Of a stretch of DNA of 64,000 nt, positions 56,293 through 64,000 are shown one piece after another (positions within the stretch are counted from its first letter, which is position 1; each line of letters starts with the position of its first letter). The translations under genes and the position numbers were made by a program. Location: assembly GCA_951406725.2 (NCBI GenBank), contig OX597819.1, positions 17,298,001 to 17,362,000 on the forward strand, given 5' to 3'. This stretch comes from Octopus vulgaris (Eukaryota). The notes under the pieces were generated by a model. That model was not told where the DNA came from. It worked only from the letters and a program-made list of their open reading frames with translations, and did no database searches.

Positions 56293-56619
56293 AGGGGAGA
56301 GATGGGGGTAGGGAAAGAGAGAAAGAGAGCTGAAATTAAAACAATATCGAATCGATTATCTGTCAGAAAGCTAAGAAGATTAACCAAATCGCCCCCAAGA
56401 ACATTTATAGATAATAAAACAATATTATAATCATTTAGTCCTGTTTGTCTCCATATCTGGCGGTCTGTCTGTGCATCGCTTTCTGTGTGTGTGTGTATGC
56501 GTGTGCAAGTGTGTGTACGCGCGTACGTGTGTATGTGTATATATATATATGTCTTTATTCATCGCTCTCTTCTCATGTATACTTGAAATTTATATATGTT
56601 CTTAAGTGTGAATTTATGC

Positions 56620-56771
<152 letters not shown>

Positions 56772-56788
56772 ATCTATCTATCTATCTA

Positions 56789-56867
<79 letters not shown>

Positions 56868-58465
56868 GTCGTGGGACGCTGGACCGACGGCCCGGTTGAG
56901 TTGCTCGGGGTCTGGTTTGGTCCGGACCTCCAAGTGGAGAAGAACTGGAACGAGATAACGAGTAGGGTGGTCACTCTCGCCCGGCAATGGGCCGAGAGGA
57001 AACTGTCCCTAAAAGGTCGAGCGGAGGTGGCGAACACGTACATCGCGTCCGTCATCTACTACCGCCTGACCGTCGTACCTTGTCCCGACCCTACCATCAC
57101 CAAACTACAACGCATCCTCTTTCGCTTCTTGTGGAAAGGATGCGTCCCGATGGTCAGGCGATCCATTTGCTGTCAACACCCGTTAAAAGGAGGGCTGGGC
57201 ATGCCGTGGTTGATGATGCGCAGACACGCGCTGAGACTGCGGCATCTCTGGCTCTATGTAGACGACGGTGAACAGGTGTGGTCGCCGTTTGTGAGGCACG
57301 CTTTCCCGCAGCTCGTCTCCATGACCGAACTGCAGTCGTGGATCAAAAAGAGGCCGAGGAAGGGCGAATGGCACCGCGAGTGTCGCGTTGCTCTCAAGCA
57401 ACTCTGCCGTCCTGGGTCGACCTTAAGTGACTTCAACACAACCAAAGCATTCTATAGGGGTTTAGTGGAGGGGAGGTACGACGACGAGCTCGGGGCGAAC
57501 CTGGACGTCGACGAGGAGTACCTGACCCGCCTGTTCAGGACGACTTTCGGGCCAGGGCCCATGGACAACTTCCAGAGATCCCTGGCCTGGCAGTGCTACC
57601 GAGAAGCGCTACCCGTTCGGGATAAGCTCTACAGACACGGCTCGAGAAACACGGGGCCGACCTGCCCGAGATGCGGTCAGAGCGACGAAACCGTTCTGCA
57701 CGCACTCGTTCAGTGTCCAACAATTTCCGACCTGTGGGCTTATGTCGAACAACTGCTGTCACGTGTGGGACGAGTCGGTTTATCAGCTGAGTCTATCGTC
57801 AATATTGTCACGCCTCCTTCCTTCAAACGGGAAGGAAGAGCTATTTTCATCATCCTTGTGGCTATGGCGAAAGAATGTATCTGGTGGACGCGTCTGAAAG
57901 GATTGGAGACAAACACTTTCCTCTCTGGTCAATCTCTCATCAACTTCTTCAAGTACCACTTGAAAAGGAAAGTGAGAGTAGAGAGGCAAGTTTTGTCTAG
58001 CGAATGTTTTAAAAAAAGATGGGTGAATGTAGCAAGAATGGCACGTATGAATGACGAAGCCACCTTGAGCATAGTCCTATGAACCCAGAAATCGAAAACA
58101 GAGAGTTGCTTATTTGCAAAAAAAAAAAAAAAAGAAATATAAAATGTGACTTCATTGACCGAGGTTACCGTGGTCTTTTCCGTAGGCTTTTCTTTCCACG
58201 GGTAAACCTCACCTGTCCTCCCCTTTACACTTCATATTGACATTTCTGTGATAACGATCCCTATTGATCAATTTTTTTTTCCTCTCCCCCTTTTTTTTAA
58301 CCCCCCTTTTTTTTGTCCTCTTTCTCTCCTTTTACGATCCCTTTTGATCGAAACTCCCCCTTCCTTTTTTTTTTTTTTTTTTTTTTTTTTAAACCTTCAA
58401 AAGAAAAGCTCTACCTTGTAATTTGTTCTATCTGTGTGCAGCCCTGTGTGGCTAATAAAGAAACA
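56868..58465 (+). mobile_element. 5'-truncated Tx1-clade non-LTR retrotransposon inserted in (TATC)n
   Basis: An uninterrupted GC-rich ORF followed by a pyrimidine-rich 3' UTR ending aataaagaaaca, with (tatc)n on both sides. Confidence 0.9.
56871..58082 (+). CDS. ORF2 C-terminal part of an L1/Tx1-type LINE (end of RT, thumb, zf-RVT CCHC); no true start
   Basis: LLGVWF, W..RKLSLKGRAEVAN, FRFLWKG, P.KGGLGMP, W.CYREALPV and CPRCGQSDETVLHALVQC. 403 codons without a stop. Confidence 0.85.
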   Translation: MGRWTDGPVELLGVWFGPDLQVEKNWNEITSRVVTLARQWAERKLSLKGRAEVANTYIASVIYYRLTVVPCPDPTITKLQRILFRFLWKGCVPMVRRSICCQHPLKGGLGMPWLMMRRHALRLRHLWLYVDDGEQVWSPFVRHAFPQLVSMTELQSWIKKRPRKGEWHRECRVALKQLCRPGSTLSDFNTTKAFYRGLVEGRYDDELGANLDVDEEYLTRLFRTTFGPGPMDNFQRSLAWQCYREALPVRDKLYRHGSRNTGPTCPRCGQSDETVLHALVQCPTISDLWAYVEQLLSRVGRVGLSAESIVNIVTPPSFKREGRAIFIILVAMAKECIWWTRLKGLETNTFLSGQSLINFFKYHLKRKVRVERQVLSSECFKKRWVNVARMARMNDEATLSIVL

Positions 58466-58508
58466 TATCTATCTATCTATCTATCTATCTAATCTATCTA
58501 TCTATCTA

Positions 58509-58554
<46 letters not shown>

Positions 58555-58575
58555 ATATCTATCTATCTATCTATG

Positions 58576-58741
<166 letters not shown>

Positions 58742-58802
58742 ATCTATCTATCTAGTTATCTATCTATCAAATTACAAATATATACATATATACACACACA
58801 CA

Positions 58803-59646
58803 CAAGGTGTAGTGAATAAAATGTTGTCTAAATTACGCAAAAATGAAAATAACACTCGTATCTCATTTTAACATATATATTTACCTAAATTGCTTAAAAA
58901 TATCTTGGAATACTAAAGAGCAAATTCATTCCATAAAATCGGCATTCGCTCCAACCACGTCCTCCAGACGAATCTCCTGCCCCTCCTCCTAGATGGTCAC
59001 CTTGTCTAAGTTGGTGAATGCTGCCATGATTCTTGCCTTCAGTTCATCTATGGTGTTACAAGGAGTTTTGTTGGTCTCTCTCTACACTGCGCCCCACACA
59101 TAATGATCAAAGGGGTTGCGGTCTGGGGAGATAGGTGGCCAGATGTTAGGGGTGATGTGGCCGCAGAAATTGTCTGACAGCCATGGCTGTGTTCTCCTGC
59201 TCGTGAGTCCTGTTGCCAGAAATAGGGTCTTCCAGCTGCCACCTTCTTGACTTAAGGCCGCACTACTTCATCAAGGCGGTTGATGTGGGCCTCCATGTTG
59301 AATCGGAAATCCTGTGAGATGATGAATGGAGGCACAACACAAAACACCGTTGAATGGATGTTTGATTTTTATCACTCTCGGTACATGTCCTTAGATTGCA
59401 CTGTCCCCAGATTGACACCCAAATACTCTGAAATATTCGTATTGAAGCTTCAGGTGCGAATGCCAAGCAGTACAGCATGTCGCTTGCGAACTTCTAGCAG
59501 AGTGAATTGGGTCATGGTGCTGTTTCTCTGTGAGACGGTGCCCAATTGACCCTGCTATACCGTGTAGTCGACAATATCAAAAACAAACAATGCGCGTGAA
59601 CGAAATTAAAAGTATAAAATGGCGACAACTCACCCGTTGCAGCCTG
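58803..59646 (-). mobile_element. Decayed maT/DD37D-like Tc1/mariner element
   Basis: GRPYFWQQDS, WPPISPDRNPFDHYVWGAV and CNTIDELKARIMAAF. Degenerate TIRs caaggtgtag.. / ..ttgcagcctg. Confidence 0.75.
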
Positions 59647-59647
59647 T

Positions 59648-59833
59648 GAGTGGCAAAATCCTTAGTACGCCGGACAAAATACATAGCGGCATTTTGTCCG
59701 TTCTTACGTTCTGAGTTCAAAGTCTTTTATCCTTTTGGGGTCGATAGAATAAGCACCAGTTGTATGCTGGGGTCGATGTAATCGACTATCCTTCTCCGCC
59801 AAAGTTTCAAAACTTGTTTCTATAGTAGACAGG

Positions 59834-59835
<2 letters not shown>
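59648..59835 (+). mobile_element. Old family-A-like SINE
   Basis: tacgttctgagttcaaa..atccttttggggtcgata..ctggggtcgatgtaatcgact. Confidence 0.7.
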
Positions 59836-59875
<40 letters not shown>

Positions 59876-60536
59876 TGAAAGAAAGCTTAGCAACAAGAAC
59901 TGCGCATTTTCGAATGGGTAGGCGGAATTATAAAAGTAGTGCCAAATATATTATACAATTGTTCTGAATTGGACCTTGCTTTTCGCCAGGTGGTTTATTT
60001 AGTCATAGATTGAATTAGGCACCAGGCGAAACTTGAACCTATCAAACTTTTACACACGGACGCTTTCTCTCTTTCTCTCTCTCTGTCTCTCTCACACACA
60101 TATACACACACACGTACCTATGTACCGCATATACCTATACGTATATTACCGATTAATAATAGGGACAAGGGGAGTGTCTATGACACTTTATTTTTCAAGG
60201 CCCATAGGGCTGGTATGCGAAAAAGATAAAGACATCTACAGCCTGGAGACCTGTCCCGAATGCTTAAAAAGTGGGATTCACTGTTATCCCCAAAGTACTT
60301 GATGATGGATTAAGTGACTTCCTAGCAAAGTATTCAGATAACAGGGGCTGCAAGAAATACTTTAATCTCTGCTTATTCGAACGAAATCGTAATACTTTTC
60401 TAAATCCAGGATTTCGGGATATTAACGTAGAAAGAGTGAAAGGTAAGGAAGTACTCAGGTAGATTTGAACTTGGAGCACAGAGAAAGACACAAGCGAGTC
60501 ATTTTGGCATATTCTCTAATGGATCTGCCATTACCT

Positions 60537-60985
60537 CATATGTACGTACGTTCGTACGTATGTATGTATGTATGTATGTATGCATGTATGTGTTCATGAT
60601 TGTGTGTATGTATGTGTTTGCATGTATGTATGTATGCATATATGTATGTATGCATGTATGCATGCATGTACGAATACATGTATGTATGCATGTATGTATG
60701 TATGCATGTTTGAATGTATGTATGCATGTATACATGTATGTATGCATGCATGTATGTATGCATGCATGTAGCATGTATGCTTGTATATATGTATGTATGC
60801 ATGTATGCATGTATGTATGTATGCATGTCTACATGTATGCATGTACGTATGCTTGTATGCATGTATGTATGCATGCATGTATGCATGTGTGTATGCATGC
60901 ATGTAGCATGTATGCTTGTATATATGTATGCATGTCTACATGTATGCATGTACGTATGCTTGTATGCTTGTATGCATGTATGTGT
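60537..60985. repeat. Degenerate (TATG/CATG)n microsatellite with internal duplications
   Basis: Read directly from the sequence. atgtagcatgtatgcttgtatatatg recurs near 60766 and 60901. Confidence 0.9.
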
Positions 60986-61147
60986 AGAAAATATCACTCA
61001 CATGCTAGATAGTCGAGGACTATTGTCGAAGAAACTAGATGAAGTTGCCGTGCAGTGAGATTGAACCCAGAATTCTGTGGTTATGAAGAGGACTACATAA
61101 CCTCACAACTATACCCTACACACACACGCACGCACACACACACACAC

Positions 61148-61194
<47 letters not shown>

Positions 61195-61195
<1 letters not shown>

Positions 61196-61361
61196 ATACG
61201 ATGAACTTCTTTCAGGTTTCCGTTCACCAAATCCGCTCACAAAGTCTTGGTCGGCCGAAGCTCGAGTAGAAGACACTGGCCCAAGCTGCCACGCTGCAGG
61301 AATGAACCCAGAACCTTGTAGTTGGGTAGTAAACTTCTTACTACACAGCCACGCCTGCGCC
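61195..61361 (-). mobile_element. SINE family D head, degenerate
   Basis: ccaaatccgctcacaaagtcttggtcggcc..gaagacactggcccaag..acacagccacgcctgcgcc. Confidence 0.8.
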
Positions 61362-62005
61362 TCTCTCTCCGTTCCTCCCTCTCTCTCTCACTCTCTCTTT
61401 TTGTGTATGTATATATATATATATGCACCCCCGCACCCACGCAACCACACTCACACATATACATATGCATGTATATACATGTGTCTGTATGAAACGTACG
61501 TATGTATGTTCATGAACCTCCACCCACCGCACATACGCTTCTAGATGCTTATACACAATATATCTCGCGAGTAGTTCAGTTTTATAGATCCTGCTAAAAG
61601 AAAACGAACGTTGTGATATGGTAGCGTCGTCGTATCAAACCGTTCATCTCCCGCTGACAACCTCATTAACTATTGAGATATTTATCACGATTCGTGCATC
61701 TTCCTTTCTAGAAAACATGAAATATATTTCCCAACATTTGCTTATTAACTTAGATTAACTTAGATTAGGTAGATTAGCTAAAATTATAGCTAATAAACAA
61801 CACTGGTCGTAGGATACTTATGATGTATAAGAGAGAATAATTAATAATTAAAAAATGTACTTATTAAATGTGAAAACTAATTAATCCTCATATATTGAGT
61901 GAATGCCATTTAATTTTTAGGTATCTAGTCTCTAGTGCAAGTTTTTGTTTACCTGGTAAAAAGAATATATATACATACATATATATATGTATATATGTAT
62001 GTATG

Positions 62006-62037
<32 letters not shown>

Positions 62038-62103
62038 TGTATGTATGTATGTATGCATGCATGCATGCATGTATGTATGTATGTATGTATGTATGTATGT
62101 ATG

Positions 62104-62138
<35 letters not shown>

Positions 62139-62154
62139 ATATATATAGAGAGAG

Positions 62155-62201
<47 letters not shown>

Positions 62202-63009
62202 CAGATAGATAGATATGCATATACATGTATACACACGCATAAACACAAACACGCACACACTATATGTGATTCGGTCATATATGTGATTCTGTGTATATGT
62301 GTGTACGTACAGACACATACACACAACAGCGGAAGCCTGCTTGAGAGACGCGACACATCGCACACAATCCTCTTCCCCTTATCAATAATTTCTTATTCTC
62401 CTTTATGTCAATTATCATCTAAACAACGAATTAATTGTGGTTCATTACTTTGAGTTGCATTGACAATCCTTTATTTTGCAACAAATATTTCTCATAGATG
62501 GATCCATTAATGTCTTTCAGCTTTCAGAACTACAAAGGCAGTAAGGCAAGGTTCATTAATTATAGAATTCGTTTCTGTTGCTCATGGAAAACATAGGAAA
62601 ACATAGGGGCTCTGCATTGAATATTTTTACAAGGTGAACTGATCTTATATTAGCTGTTGAGCACGTTGACAATGGCGCTGCATATTTGTGATACGATTCT
62701 CTCGCATCGGCCGTTTGTCAATGGTATCTTACTGATCTTCTTTGTGATTAGACAACCTGCTGAACATAGAAGAAAATATATTTCTCAAATCCCTTTATAC
62801 TTAAAAACGGAAGGGTATATTGAATGATATTGTTCTAATTATAATCTGAACACAAGACACGATGTTTGTGATTAAATATTCTTTGACCAATCATAACTGG
62901 TCTGAAGCTAAAAAAAACAAAAAACAAAATGGTCATCTTAAGCATGAAGATGTGGAAACGATCATTGAAATAAATGTTGTAATTGCTGTTCATGGTACTT
63001 CTTAAACTA

Positions 63010-63241
63010 GGGTGGCGAGCTGGCAGAACTGTTAGCATGCCGGGCGAAATGCTTAGCCGTATTTCGTCTGCCGTTACGTTCTGAGTTCAAATTCCGCCGA
63101 GGTCGACTTTGCCTTTCATCCTTTCGGGGTCGATTAAATAAGTACCAGTTACGCACTGGGGTCGATATAATGGACTTATTACCTATGTCTGTCCTTGTTT
63201 GTCCCCTCTATGTTTATCCCCTTGTGGGTAATAAAGAAATA
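63010..63241 (+). mobile_element. SINE family A with 17-bp TSD
   Basis: TSD ggtacttcttaaactag at 62994-63010 and 63242-63258. Confidence 0.95.
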
Positions 63242-64000
63242 GGTACTTCTTAAACTAGAAATATTAATCTATTGTTTGATAGAGAAATCTTAGTAATTCT
63301 TAACTAGAAATAATATTTGAGATCTTATGTCATTTGTGATTTTCCAGAATTCTTTCTTCTAATAGATCCAACAATGACTTACTGGACACAATCAATATAA
63401 TACTGAAAATCCTGCATCGCGCTGACAGAAACTGTGATTTTGTTATAGACAGGTATAGTGTCTGTGTTAGTTTTGCAGGGCTTCCGAGATTAGTGACGGA
63501 ATACATGCAAGGAAGAAAGTTAGACCTTCACATATCCTCAGTTTCTACTCATGGTATGGGTCCTTGCGACAGACTGACCCTGAAGTGTAAAATCACTTAA
63601 GGGACAGGTGGTGGTGTAAAACCGAACGATGGTTTGAATTTAACACTCACAAATAGTTACAGTCATCTCATTGTTTCTGTCTTACCAATTCCAATAATAA
63701 GGCTTTTGTCGACTCGAAACTATTGCAGAAGACAGGTGCTGTAGATCTCAAGCGTTGTATTAGAACCATGAAATCGCTGAAGTCGATGATTCTACTCGAA
63801 TCGTTGGCCTATCAGATTTCTCAGCCGATGAGGGCACAGACATTGGTAGAAATCTGGAGCAAACAAAATAGTCAAGAGTGGAGTTTTCATCAAAGACCTG
63901 CATCCATGGTTTTGTGTATAATAACGTTATTAGGAATAGAAACTTCAAGTTCGCATTTCATTTAGTAATCAGAACACATTAAACACCATGATAGGCAAAT

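Overview
This is AT-rich eukaryotic intergenic or intronic DNA saturated with microsatellites ((TA)n, (CA)n, (TATG)n, (TATC)n, (TAT)n, (TTC)n, (CAC)n). The repeat content looks like a coleoid cephalopod (Octopus-like) genome; that is an inference from repeat style. I cannot support any host protein-coding gene, and nearly all ORFs in the track are microsatellite translations. The window is a transposon landscape: at least four tRNA-derived SINE families, Tc1/mariner elements, a non-autonomous Helitron, a Helentron-type element, and LINE relics (Tx1, RTE, R4/Dong-like, a CR1-group LINE with a CCCH ORF1, Penelope-like). Four signals lie beneath this. (1) About ten minimal type I hammerhead ribozyme motifs, three with canonical cores and others with recurrent core variants, sit in small (TA)n-flanked elements and in a tRNA-headed element. 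(2) A Tx1-clade LINE is inserted twice in (TATC)n with the same 3' junction. (3) The most abundant SINE has a 3' tail homologous to that Tx1 3' end and appears to build head-to-tail arrays by inserting into itself. (4) Different retroelements seem to use different microsatellite motifs as targets. Coordinates were read by eye and may be off by a few bases.
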